Source of the DNA: Mustelus asterias
Lineage: Eukaryota
Length of the DNA stretch: 64,000 bases
Assembly (NCBI RefSeq): GCF_964213995.1
Contig: NW_027590134.1
Coordinates: 930,001-994,000, forward strand
Direction of reading: 5' to 3'
The translations under genes and the position numbers were made by a program. The notes below the pieces were generated by a model. That model was not told where the DNA came from. It searched no databases and saw only the letters and a list, made by a program, of their open reading frames with translations. Below are positions 51,501 to 64,000 of the stretch, one piece after another. Each line of letters begins with the position of its first letter. The first letter of the stretch is position 1.

Positions 51501-53127
51501 CGCAAAGATGCGGCAACACAAGGAGCCTGAATCGCTCGTAAATTGTGCCTTGCACTTTCAAGGTTACCACACAACGTCCTAGCACAGGGACAGACCGGGA
51601 CCTTGATGCCATAGAGATTGTCTGTTTGGCAGGTTGAATCTGGAGTCCACACCTCTTTACAGTGTCAGGGTGAATAAAGCTCTCAGTACTCCCGCTGTCA
51701 AACAGACAATAAATTGCATGACCATTTACCTGTATATCCATCATTGAACAGTCAAGCCTGTGGTGCTTAGCCTTATTCAGGGTGATCGACGCCACCGTTG
51801 GTCCGTGAACGTCACTGCAGGCAGCTGAGGTCGATGCTGAGGACCCCTGCTGGTCGCTCATGGTCATCGTCGACCAAAATGGCCGCCCCCATGAATCGCA
51901 CATGGTTGAGGGCGCCAAACGTAGCGACTCCTGGTGGTCATCCTCCTCCGACTCCGTCGACCACAATGGCGTCGTCCTGGACTCGCACGTGGACGAACCC
52001 CGTGAGTACTTCGACGTCGATGGTGATGATCCCCGTTCCGAAGGGTCACAGGCTGCACTGCCGTTCTTGGGCTTCGATCTGCACACCTTCGCATAATGCC
52101 CCTTTTTACCGCATAGGTTACAGACCACCGCTTTAGCGGGACATTTTTGTCGTGGATGCTTGGCTCCTCCACAGAAGTACCACCGCGGGCCGCATGGGGC
52201 AGCAGCCGTCGTCGGGTCTACATGGGGGCACGCCATAACACTGCACTTCGAGCCCGTGGGGCGAGGAGGGATTTGCGACTGCTCCTGCCACGTTGTCTCC
52301 ACGTGGTCCTCCGGATACAGGACCAAGCTCTTCGAAGCCGCCTCAAGCATTTCAGCCAATTCCATAGCTTGGGTCAGGTTGAGATTCCCCTTTTCTAGCA
52401 GCTTGAGACGGATGTATGAAGACCCTACCCCTGCCACAAACGCATCTCGGGTGAGGTCATACATGTACTGCTCAGCCGACACAGCTTTGCAGTCACAGCC
52501 CCTGGCAAGCTGCAAGAGCTCATTGGCGTAATCCTCCATGGTTTCGCCCGACTGCCGACGTCGTGTAGCAAGGAGGTAACGAGCGTGGATCTCGTTGGGA
52601 GGTTTCGTGTCGTGCTTTTTTAAAAGCTCGAGGGCCCTCGGGTAACTGGTGGCCGCACGGATCGCGAGGTAGACTGTGTCGCTTACCCTCGAATGGAGGA
52701 CCCGGAGTCTGTCATCATCTGTGGTGACCGCTGCGGAGGCTGCCAGATAGTCTTCAAAACACTTCAGCCAGTGGTCGAAGGTGTTAGAAGCGCCCACCGC
52801 ACGTGGATCTAGCGTCAGACGTTCTGGCTTTAGGATTTGCTCCATACTCTCCTTTCTTTTTCCCTTCCGTTGAGAGCTTAATGTTAGACAATAAAATTGA
52901 TGCGCGCCAATTGAACACGAGGCACGAAGCTTCGGTAACAGAAGGCTTTTATTGTCTAACAATGGAACTAATAGAACGTAAACACACTTTCCCAGACTGA
53001 CGAGGTCCCGCCCGAGCAGGGGGTCTTATACCTCTCCCAGGAGGCGGAGCCCGACTGGGATGTGCCACAACAGTAACAACCACAGGTGTATTAATCCCAC
53101 AGTGGGAACCAACGATGGTTCACCACA
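48566..53127 (-). mobile_element. Full-length Gypsy LTR retrotransposon, right copy (LTRs 52898-53127 and 48566-48795; TSD GTGAA)
   Basis: Same insertion site and TSD as the left copy. Gag-PR is open (51421-52962), with a private frameshift at ~51455 and the shared TAG at 50585. Confidence 0.96.
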
Positions 53128-53409
53128 GTGAAGTAATAAAGCTAATAGTCTATGAAGGATTGGAATTTGTGTTACAGTTGCAGAAAACTCTGTTCAGACC
53201 CCATTGAGATCACTGTGTTCATCCCAGGAAGATTAGATTGGCTTTGGAGTGGGAGCAGCAGAATTTCACCAGTGATGCCAGACTCAAATGATGAGGACAG
53301 ATTGCAAAGACTAGTCCTGTAATAACCTGAACATGGAAGATTAAGTGGTGATGTGAGTGAGATGTTTACAGTGAATGATTTGATAGGGTGCAGAGAGATA
53401 AACTGTTAG

Positions 53410-56400
53410 AATGAAAACAGATGGGTGACGTTGAGAGGGGCTGGGAGGAAGCAGTCCGTGCAGGGATCCCCGGTGGTCGTTCCCCTTAGCAACAAGTATT
53501 CCGCTTTGGATACGGTTGAGGGGGATGACATACCAGTGGTGAGCTGCAGTGAGAGGATCTCCAGCACTGTGTCCGTCTCTGTGGCTCGGGAGGGTAAGGG
53601 GCAGAGCGGGAGGGCAATAGTAATTGGGGACTCGTTAGTTTGAGGGATAGATAGGAGGTTCTGTGGCAGCAAAAGAGACTCACGGATGGTATGTTGCCTA
53701 CCGGATGCCAAGGTCCGTGACGTCTCAGACCGTGTTTTCCGGATTCTGCAGGGGGAGGGGAAACAGTCACAAGTCGTGGTACACATTGGTACCAATGACA
53801 TAGGTAAGAGAAGGGACGGGGATTTAAAGCAGGAATTTCTGGAGCTGGGCTGGAAGCTGAGAGCCAAGACAAAACATGTGGTCATCTCTGGTACGTTGCC
53901 GGTGCCATGTGATAGCGAGTTGAGGAACAGGGAGAGAGTGCAGTTAAACATGTGGTTGCAGGGATGGTGTAGGAGGGAGGGTTTCAGATACGTGGATAAT
54001 TGGAACACATTCTGGGGAAGGTGGGACCTGTACAAACAGGACAGGCTGCACCTGAACCAGAGGGGCACCAATATCCTGGGAGGGAAATTTGTTACGGCTC
54101 TTCAGGGGGGTTTAAACTAATTTGTCAGGGGAGTGGGAAAAGGAGTTGTAGTCCACAAGTCAGTGAGGGTGGTGAGGTATTGGGGAAGGTATCAGGGTCA
54201 AGGGTGGGTACCGGTAGACAGGAAGTTGGGTTGAAGTGTGTCTACTTCAATGCAAGGAGCATCCGGAACAAGGTAGATGAACTTGGGGCGTGGATTGGTA
54301 CTTGGGACTACGATGTTGTGGCCATTACGGAGACGTGGGTAGAACAAGGACAGGAATGGTTGTTGGACGTTCCGGGGTATAGATGTTTCACTAAGTGTAG
54401 GGAAGCTGGTAAAAGAGGTGGAGGAGTGGCATTGTTAATCAAGGATAGTTTAACGGCTGCGGAAAGGCACTTCAAGGGGGATCTGCTCACTGAGGTAATA
54501 TGGGCTGAGGGTAGAAATAGGAAAGGAGCGGTCACGTTGTTAGGAGTTTACTATAGGCCCCCAAATAGTAATAGAGATGTGGAGGAAGAAATTGCTAAGC
54601 AGATTATGCATATGTGTGGGGGTCACAGGGTAGTTAGACTTTAACTTTCCAAATATTGATTGGAACCTTTGTAGGTCAAATAGTTCGGATGGGGCAGTTT
54701 GTGTGCAGTGTGTACAGGAGGGTTTCCTGACACAATATGTGGATAGGACGACAAGAGGTGAGGCCACATTGGATTTGGTACTGGGAAATGAACCGGGCCA
54801 AGTGTTAGATTTGGTTGTGGGAGAGCACTTTGGAGATAGTGACCACAATTCGGTGTCTTTTGTTATTGCAATGGCGAGGGATAGGGCCGTACGGCAGGGC
54901 AAGGTTTACAATTGGGGGAGAGGTAATTATGATGCGATTAGGCAATAATTAGGGGGCATAAGTTGGGAACAGAAACTGTCAGGGAAAGGAACTAATGAAA
55001 AGTGGAACTTTTTCAAGGAACAAATACTGGATGTCCTTGATAGGTATGTCCCTGTCAGGCAGGGAGGAAATGGCCGAGTGAGGGAACCATGGTTCACGAA
55101 AGAGGTGGAACGTCTTGTGAAAGGGAAGAGGGAAGCTTATGTAGGGACGAGGAAACAAGGTTCAGATGGCTCGATTAAGGGTTACAAGTTAGCAAGGAAT
55201 GAGCTGAAAAAGGGGCTTAGGAGAGCTAGGAGGGGACACAAGAAGTCCTTGGCGGGTCGGATCAAGGAAAGCCCCAAGGCTTTTTACTCTTATGTGAGGA
55301 ATAAAAGAATGACCAGGGTGAGGTTAGGGCCGGTCAAGGACAGTAGTGGGAACTTGTGTATGGAGTCAGTAGAGATAGGCGAGGTGATGAATGAATACTT
55401 TTCTTCAGTGTTCACCAAGGAGAGGGGCCATGTTTTTGAGGAAGAGAAGGTGTTACAGGCGAATAGGCTGGAGGAAATAGATGTTTGGAGGGAGGATGTC
55501 CTGGCAGTTTTGAATAAACTGAAGGTCGATAAGTCCCCTGGGCCTGATGAAATCATAGAAATCATAGAAACCCTACAGTGCAGAAGGAGGCCATTCGGCC
55601 CATCGAGTCTGCACTGACCACAATCCCACCCAGGCCCTACCCCCACATATTTTACCTGCTAATCCCTCTAACCTACACATCTCTGGACTCTTATGGGCAA
55701 TTTTTAACCTGGCCAATCAACCTAACTTGCACATCTTTGGACTGTGGGAGGAAACCGGAGCACCCGGAGGAAACCCACGCAGAAACGAGGAGAATGTGCA
55801 AACTCCACACAGACAGTGACCCGAGCTGGGAATCGAACCTGGGACCCTGGAGCTGTGAAGCAGCAGTGCTAACCACTGTGCTACCGTGCCACCCAATGTA
55901 TCCGAGGATTCTTTGGGAGGCAAGGGATGAGATTGCAGAGCCTTTGGCTTTGATCTTTGGGTCCTCGCTGTCCACGGGGATGGTGCCAGAGGACTGGAGA
56001 ATGGCGAATGTTGTTCCTCTGTTTAAGAAAGGGAATAGAAATGACCCTGGTCATTATAGACCTGTTTGTCTTACTTCGGTGGTTGGTAAATTGATGGAAA
56101 AGGTCCTTAGAGATGGGATTTACGACCATTTAGAAAGATGCGGATTAATCCGGGATAGTCAGCATGGATTCGTGAAGGGCAAGTCGTGCCTCACAAATTT
56201 GATAGAATTTTTTGAGGAGGTAACTAAGTGTGTTGATGAAGGTAGGGCAGTTGATGTCATATACATGGATTTTAGTAAGGCGTTTGATAAGGTCCCCCAT
56301 GGTCGGCTTATGATGAAAGTGAGGAGGTGTGGGATAGAGGGAAAGTTGGCTGATTGGATAGGTAACTGGCTGTCTGATCGAAGACAGAGGGTGGTGGTCG

Positions 56401-57605
56401 ATGGAAAATTTTCGGATTGGAGGCAGGTTGCTAGCGGAGTGCCGCAGGGATCAGTGCTTGGTCCACTGCTCTTTGTGATTTTTATTAATGACTTAGAGGA
56501 GGGGGCTGAAGGGTGGATCAGTGAATTTGCTGATGACACCAAGATTGGTGGAATAGTGGATGAGGTGGAGGGCTGTTGTAGGCTGCAAAGAGACATAGAT
56601 AGGATGCAAAGCTGGGCTGAAAAATGGCAAATGGAGTTTAAACCATAGAAACCCTACAGTGCAGAAGGAGGCCATTCGGCCCATCGAGTCTGCTCCGACC
56701 ACAATCCCACCCAGGCCCTACCCCCACATATTTACCCGCTAATCCCTCTAACCTACGCATCCCAGGACTCTAAGGGGCAATTTTTAACCTGGCCAATCAA
56801 CCTAACCCGCACATCTTTGGACTGATAAATGTGAGGTGATTCATTTTGGTAGGGCTAATTTAAATGTGGATTACAAGTCAAAGGTAGGGTTCTGAAGACT
56901 GTGGAGGAACAGAGAGATCTTGGGGTTCATATCCACAGATCTCTAAAGGTTGCCACTCAAGTGGATAGAGCTGTGAAGAAGGCCTATAGTGTGTTAGCTT
57001 TTATTAACAGGGGGTTGGAGTTTAAGAGCCGTGGGGTTATGCTGCAACTGTACAGGACCTTGGTTAGACCACATTTGGAGTATTGTGTGCAGTTCTGGTC
57101 ACCTCACTATCGGAAGGATGTGGAAGCGCTGGAAAGAATGCAGAGGAGATTTACCAGGATGCTGCCTGGTTTGGAGGGTAGGTTTTATGAGGAAAGGTTG
57201 TGGGAGCGAGGGCTGTTCTCTCTGGAGCGGAGGAGGCTGAGGGGAGACTTAATAGAGGTTTATAAAATGATGAAGGGGATAGATAGAGTGAACGTTCAAA
57301 GACTATTTCCTCGGGTGGATGGAGCTATTACAAGGGGGCATAACTATAGGGTTCGTGGTGGGAGATACAGGAAGGATATCAGAGGTAGGTTCTTTACACA
57401 GAGTGGTTGGGGTGTGGAATGGACTGCCTGCAGTGATAGGGGAGTCAGACACTTTTGGAACATTTAAGCGGTTATTGGATAGGCACATGGGGCACACCAG
57501 GATGATAGGGAGTGGGATAGCTTGATCTTGGTTTCAGATAAAGCTCGGCACAACATCGTGGGCTGAAGGGCCTGTTCTGTGCTGTACTGTTCTATGTTCT
57601 ATGTT
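53410..57605 (+). mobile_element. Long CR1 LINE with two nested SINEs (55553-55894, 56644-56824); mirror of 19851-24050
   Basis: Near-identical ORF fragments on the opposite strand. Confidence 0.95.
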
Positions 57606-58311
57606 AGCTCTGAATGGGGGAACCTCACCGTAAAATGAGAGTGAGACATTTCAGGGATAATTTAGACCATAAGATATAAGAATATAAAATATAAGAATTA
57701 GGCCACTCGGCCGCTTGAGTCTGCTCTGCCAATGAAGCATAGCTGATATTTTTCTCATCCCCACTGTTCTGCCTTTTCCCCATAATCCCTGATCCCCTTA
57801 TTTAATTTCAGGAAAAGCTTCTTGATAGAGGATGGTGGGAATGTTGAATTGTCCACAAACAATTTTTAAAGCTGAGTTTATCAGGAAATTAACAAGCTGA
57901 AGACGACAAGCAGCCAGTAACATGAAGGTGGATAGTCAGAGTTTCTGTAGGTATTTAAACAATAAAAGAATTAAAGTGAGCATTGGTTCTATCGAAAGTG
58001 CATCTGGGGAATTGATAATGGAAAATAGGATATTGACAAATGAATTGAACAGGTAGTTTTCATTTGTGTTCACTATAGAGGACACAAGTAACATCCCAAA
58101 AATAGCTGGAAATCAGCAAATGGAAGGGAGGGAGGAACTCAGGAAAATTACAATCACCAGGGAAAGTGGTATTGAGCAAATTGTCGGATCTGGAGGCTGA
58201 CAAATCCCTGCGTCCGGATGGGCTTCACACTCAGGACATGAAATCAGTGGCTAATGAGATAGCTGATGCATTTGTTTTAATTTTGCAAAATTCCCTGGCT
58301 TCAGAGAATGT

Positions 58312-58468
58312 GATGTGGAGATGCCGACGTTGGACTGGGGGGTAAGCACAATAAGAAGTCTTACAACACCAGGTTAATGTCCAACAGGTTTATTTTACTA
58401 CTAAGTAAACCTTGTGCTACCAAATAAACCTATTGGACTTTAACCTGTTGATGTGAGACTTCTCATTG
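58312..58468 (-). mobile_element. Hairpin Penelope derivative (mirror of 18988-19144)
   Basis: TSD ttcagagaatgt on both sides. Confidence 0.85.
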
Positions 58469-58919
58469 TTCAGAGAATGTTCCATTAGAATGAAATATAG
58501 AAAGTGTAACACCTTTATTCAAAAAGAGATGGAGAGAGAAAACAGGGAACTACAGGCTGTTACCCTGACAGCTGTTCGACGATGAAGGGGCAGCCTGTTC
58601 CGAAAGCTGGTGGCTTTTGCTACCAAATAAACCTGTTGGACTTTAACGTGGTGTTGTCAGACTTCTTCCTCTGTTTACCCCAGTCCAACGCCAGCATCTC
58701 CACATCTTTTTCTGGGTGGCAGGATATGTCGAATGGTGTATCTGTACCAGGGCCACAACTTGTTACAATTTATAAAAATGGCTTTGATGAAGGGACTGAA
58801 GATACGGTTGTTAAATTTGCTGACAGCGTAAAGATTGACAAGAAATTAATTGCAAAGTGTACGTAAGGAGGCTACAAAAGGAAACAGATAGGTTATGTGA
58901 ATTGGCAAAATGTGGCAAT

Positions 58920-60395
58920 TGAGGCAAATTGCGAGGATGAAACAGTGGATGAAAAATTGAGACTTTCAAAGTTGAGATGAATAGGGTGCCAGCCAGGTAC
59001 ATAGCCACCAGAAATAAATACACGGCATCCAAAGCTAGAGTATCCTGGAGTCTAAGGATATTGATGAGAAAATAAGGAAGAAAAAAGAGACATAGGATGC
59101 ATGCTGGAATAATAATAGCAATAGAAATCAGGAAAAACAGTTCAAATGCAGGAGAGAGGCTAAGGCTTTAATAAGGGAGGCTAAAAGGGAGCATGAGGAA
59201 AGGATAGCAGGCTGCGCTAACACAAATAGTAAAATGTTCTTCAAACATATACATGTGAAAAGGTTAGTGAAGGATAAAGTGGGGCTCAAAAGGGCAGGGT
59301 AAACTGATCACTGAAGCAGAGGGTATGGCAGAGATACTAAATGAGTACCCTGCTTCTGTCTTTACAAAATTAGACACTATGACAATGGCCCTGTTGAAAA
59401 TATGGGTGCTCAGTCACTGAACAGTATAGTGATAGATAAAGAAGAGGCGCTAAAACTCTGGCAGCACTCTCAGTAGAGAAATCACCAGGTCCAGACTGGA
59501 TGCATGGTAGATTGCTGAGAGGTGAGGGAGCAAATTGCGCAGCCATTGACAGAAACTTCCTGGCCTCTTTGAACACAGAATTAGTCCCATGGGATTGGAG
59601 GATTGCAAATGTAATGCTGTTTTTCAGGAAAGGGGCAAAGGATACCCCAGGAAACTACAGACCTCTCAGCTGGACATCAATAGTGAGAAAACAGATGGAG
59701 GCCACAGTCTGAAATAAGATATATATATACTCTCAGAGAAATATAAGTTCATACTCGGCAGATGACATAATTTTCTCAAGGGCAGGTCATGTTTGGCAAG
59801 ATGAGACACAGACATTGGATGAGGGTAGTGCTGTCGATGTTGTATATTTGGCCTTTCAGAAAGCATTTGATATGGTGCCACATGGCAGGTTGGTGAGCAA
59901 ATTAGAAATGTTTGTGATTGATGGGTCCTTGGCAGCATGGATTAGAAGTTGGCTGAAAGATAGGAAACAGAGGTTGTGTATAGATGTGCATTTCTCAGAC
60001 TCGAGACGAGTTGAAAGTGGTGTTCCCCAGGGATCAGTGTTGGGACACTTGCTTTTTCTGATTTATAAAAAACCATTTAGAGATCGATGTTAAGGGCAAA
60101 ATTTGCATACAATACCAAGCTGGGGAGAATAGTGAATTGTGAGAATGATGCTGAGTGACTTTAGAGGGACATTGACAAGTTGCCCAAATGGGCAGACACC
60201 GCAGATGAATTGCAATGCAGCAAAATGTGAGGAAATGCATTTTGGTACAAGAAACATGAGGAGAAAATATGCCCATTATGGTACAGCATTTAGGGGAAGT
60301 ACAGGAGCAGAGAGAACTTGGGTTTCAAGTGTATAATGCTCTGTTGCGGGCAAGGCAAGTTGAAACAGTTATTAATACGGCTGATAGGATCCTTG
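58920..60395 (+). mobile_element. Old CR1 ORF2 fragments (mirror of 17063-18540)
   Basis: [23 protein letters not shown]. Confidence 0.85.
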
Positions 60396-60507
60396 GAGTC
60401 ATAGAGGTTTACAGCATGGAAACAGCTCTTTGGCTCAACTTGTCCAAGCTGCCCTGTTTATACCACTAAGCTAGTCTCAATTGCCTGCATTCGGCCTGTA
60501 TCCCTTC

Positions 60508-60850
60508 AGAATCATAGAAGCCCTATAGTGCAGAAAGAGGCCATTTGGCCCATCGAGTCTGCACCGACCACAATCCCATCCCGGCCCTACCCCCTTATCC
60601 CGACATATTTACCCGCTAATCCCTCTAACCTACGCATCTCGGGACACAAAGCGGCAATTTTAGCATGGCCAATCAACCTAACCTGCACATCATTGGACTG
60701 TGGGAGGAAACCGGAGCACCCAGAGGAAACCCATGCAGACACGAGGAGAATGTGCAAACTCCACACAGACAGTGACCCAAGCCAGAAATCGAACCCAGGT
60801 CCCTGGAGCTGTGAAGCAGCAGTGCTAACCACTGTGCTACCGTGCCACCC
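60508..60850 (-). mobile_element. HE1-like SINE (mirror of 16611-16952)
   Basis: Reverse complement of the left-arm SINE. Confidence 0.88.
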
Positions 60851-61209
60851 CAATTCCCTACAATTCCAATTCCAATTTATACCAATCTTACCCATGTAAC
60901 TGTCTAAATGCTTTTTAAAAGACAAAATTGTACCTACCTCTACGACTGCCTCTGGCAGCTCGTTCCAGACACTCACAACTCTGTGTGTGAAAACCCTCTG
61001 GTTCTGGGTTCCTAGTGCATGAATCAGAAAAGGCTAATATAGATGTGCAGCAAATAATTAGGAATGCAAATAGAATGTTATTGCTTAATGTGAGGAATTG
61101 TAGGGAATTGATGCTTCACTTGAACAGAACGAGGTGAGACCACATCTGGAGGATTGTATACAATACTGGTCCCCTTATCGAAAGAAAGATGTAAACACGT
61201 TAGAAGCAG

Positions 61210-64000
61210 TGTCAGTGTGCAATGAATACTCTCTCAATCTATCAGCGTGTGTGCGTGAAGAATCAACTCTCTCAATCTATTACTGTATGGGTGTGGAATT
61301 AACTCTCAATCTATTAGTGTGAGAGTGTGGAATTAACTCTTTCTCAACCTATTACTGTGTCTCAGTGTGTAATTAACTCTATCTTAATCTAGTGCTGTGT
61401 TTGGGTGGAATTAACCCTCTAACAATCTATTACTGTCTGTGTGTGTGTGGAATTAAAACTCTCTCAATCTAACAGTGTGTGTGGGTGTGGAATTAACTTT
61501 CTCTCAATCAGTTGCTGTGTGTCGGTGTGGAATTAACTCTATCTTAATCTATTACTGTGAGAGAGTGTGCAAGTAACACTGACAATCTATTAGTGTGTGT
61601 GAGTGTGTGGTTAACTCTCTCTCTCAGTCTATTGCTGTGAGAGAGTGTGGAATTAACTCTCCCTCTCAATCTATTACTGTGTGAGAGTGTGTTGAATTAA
61701 CTAGCTGACAATATATTACTCTGTGTGTGTGTGTGTGTGTGTATGTGGAACTAACTCTCTCTCAATCTATTACTGTGTGAGAGTGCGTGGAATTAACGAG
61801 CTGACAATATATTACTGTGTGAGTGTGCGTGTGTGTATGTGTGTGTGTGGAACTAACTCTCAATCTATTACTGTGTGAGTGTGTGTGTGGTGTGTGTGGA
61901 ACTAACTCTCTCTCAATCTATTACTGTGTGTGTGTGTGTGTGTGGAGTTGACTCTCTCAATCCATTAGTGTGTGAGAGCGGCAATTATAATTGTCTCAAT
62001 CTACTACTGTGTGTCAGTGTGGCAGAAACTCTCTCTCAATCTATTACTATGTGAGAGTGTGGCAGTAACTCTCTGACAATCTATTACTATGTGAGAGTGT
62101 AGAATTATCACTCTCTCAATCTGTTACTGTGTGTAGAATTAATTCTCTCTCAATCTATTAAGGTGTGTGAGTGTGTAATTAACCCTCTGTCAGTCTATTA
62201 CTGTGTATGAGTGTCGAATTAACTCTCTCAATCTATTAGTGTGTGAGTGTAGAATTAACTCTCTCACTCCATTACTGTGTGTGAGTGTGGAAATGACTCT
62301 CTTCTATTACTTTATCGATTACTGTGCAGAATTAACTCTCTCAATCTATTATTGTATGTGAGTGTGGAATTAACTCTATCCTATTACTGTGTGTGCATGT
62401 GTGCGTGTGTGTGGAATTAACTCTCTCTCAATCTATTCCTCTGTGTGATTGTGGAAGTAGCTCTCTCAATCTATTGCTGTGTGTGTGTTGAATTAACTCT
62501 CTCTCAATCTATTGCTCTGTCAGTGTGGAATTAACTCTCTCTCAATCTATTGCTCTGTCAGTGTGGAATTAACTCTCTCACAATCTATTACTGAGTGTGA
62601 GTGTGGAATTAACTATCTCTCAACCTATTACTGAGTGCAAGTGTGCAAATAATACTCTCTCAATCTATTACTGTATGGGTGTGGAATTAACTCTCAATCT
62701 ATTAGTGTGAGAGTGTGGAATTAACTCTTTCTCAACCTATTACTGTGTCTCAGTGTGTAATTAACTCTATCTTAATCTAGTGCTGTGTTTGGGTGGAATT
62801 AACCCTCTAACAATCTATTACTGTCTGTGTGTGTGTGGAATTAAAACTCTCTCAATCTAACAGTGTGTGTGGGTGTGGAATTAACTTTCTCTCAATCAGT
62901 TGCTGTGTGTCGGTGTGGAATTAACTCTATCTTAATCTATTACTGTGAGAGAGTGTGCAAGTAACACTGACAATCTATTAGTGTGTGTGAGTGTGTGGTT
63001 AACTCTCTCTCTCAGTCTATTGCTGTGAGAGAGTGTGGAATTAACTCTCCCTCTCAATCTATTACTGTGTGAGAGTGTGTTGAATTAACTAGCTGACAAT
63101 ATATTACTCTGTGTGTGTGTGTGTGTGTGTATGTGGAACTAACTCTCTCTCAATCTATTACTGTGTGAGAGTGCGTGGAATTAACGAGCTGACAATATAT
63201 TACTGTGTGAGTGTGCGTGTGTGTATGTGTGTGTGTGGAACTAACTCTCAATCTATTACTGTGTGAGTGTGTGTGTGGTGTGTGTGGAACTAACTCTCTC
63301 TCAATCTATTACTGTGTGTGTGTGTGTGTGTGGAGTTGACTCTCTCAATCCATTAGTGTGTGAGAGCGGCAATTATAATTGTCTCAATCTACTACTGTGT
63401 GTCAGTGTGGCAGAAACTCTCTCTCAATCTATTACTATGTGAGAGTGTGGCAGTAACTCTCTGACAATCTATTACTATGTGAGAGTGTAGAATTATCACT
63501 CTCTCAATCTGTTACTGTGTGTAGAATTAATTCTCTCTCAATCTATTAAGGTGTGTGAGTGTGTAATTAACCCTCTGTCAGTCTATTACTGTGTATGAGT
63601 GTCGAATTAACTCTCTCAATCTATTAGTGTGTGAGTGTAGAATTAACTCTCTCACTCCATTACTGTGTGTGAGTGTGGAAATGACTCTCTTCTATTACTT
63701 TATCGATTACTGTGCAGAATTAACTCTCTCAATCTATTATTGTATGTGAGTGTGGAATTAACTCTATCCTATTACTGTGTGTGCATGTGTGCGTGTGTGT
63801 GGAATTAACTCTCTCTCAATCTATTCCTCTGTGTGATTGTGGAAGTAGCTCTCTCAATCTATTGCTGTGTGTGTGTTGAATTAACTCTCTCTCAATCTAT
63901 TGCTCTGTCAGTGTGGAATTAACTCTCTCTCAATCTATTGCTCTGTCAGTGTGGAATTAACTCTCTCACAATCTATTACTGAGTGTGAGTGTGGAATTAA
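61210..64000 (-). repeat. Minisatellite (mirror of 13920-16258) with a ~1.39-kb higher-order duplication
   Basis: Unit aatctattactgtgtgagtgtggaattaactctctc. The block starting tactgtatggg at 61281 recurs at 62669. Confidence 0.95.

Overview
Vertebrate nuclear DNA, most likely a shark or other cartilaginous fish (inferred from HE1-like SINEs, CR1 LINEs and Neptune-type Penelope elements). It is part of a replication-dependent histone cluster with 10 intact, intronless genes, each followed by a 3' stem-loop: H2B, 3x H2A, 2x H3, 2x H4, 2x H1. The dominant structure is a giant inverted duplication. Its left arm (~14.8-39.0 kb) mirrors its right arm (~41.5-62.7+ kb) around a ~2.5-kb spacer. Each arm carries, from outside in: minisatellite, CR1/SINE nest, Gypsy LTR element, H2A, H3, H4, H1. 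Neither arm has H2B. Only the left arm has a ~3-kb Penelope-like element, with a target-site duplication and hammerhead ribozyme motifs; the right arm keeps the empty site. The Gypsy element has no recognisable tRNA primer-binding site. Instead it has a perfect 15-nt complement to its own LTR poly(A)-signal region (candidate self-priming) and a YLDN RT motif. An older paralogous unit at 5.8-9.2 kb keeps H2B and H2A but has lost its H3 gene. Two degenerate tRNA genes (Leu-TAA, Gly-TCC) are present. All comparisons were made by eye, so repeat boundaries are approximate.
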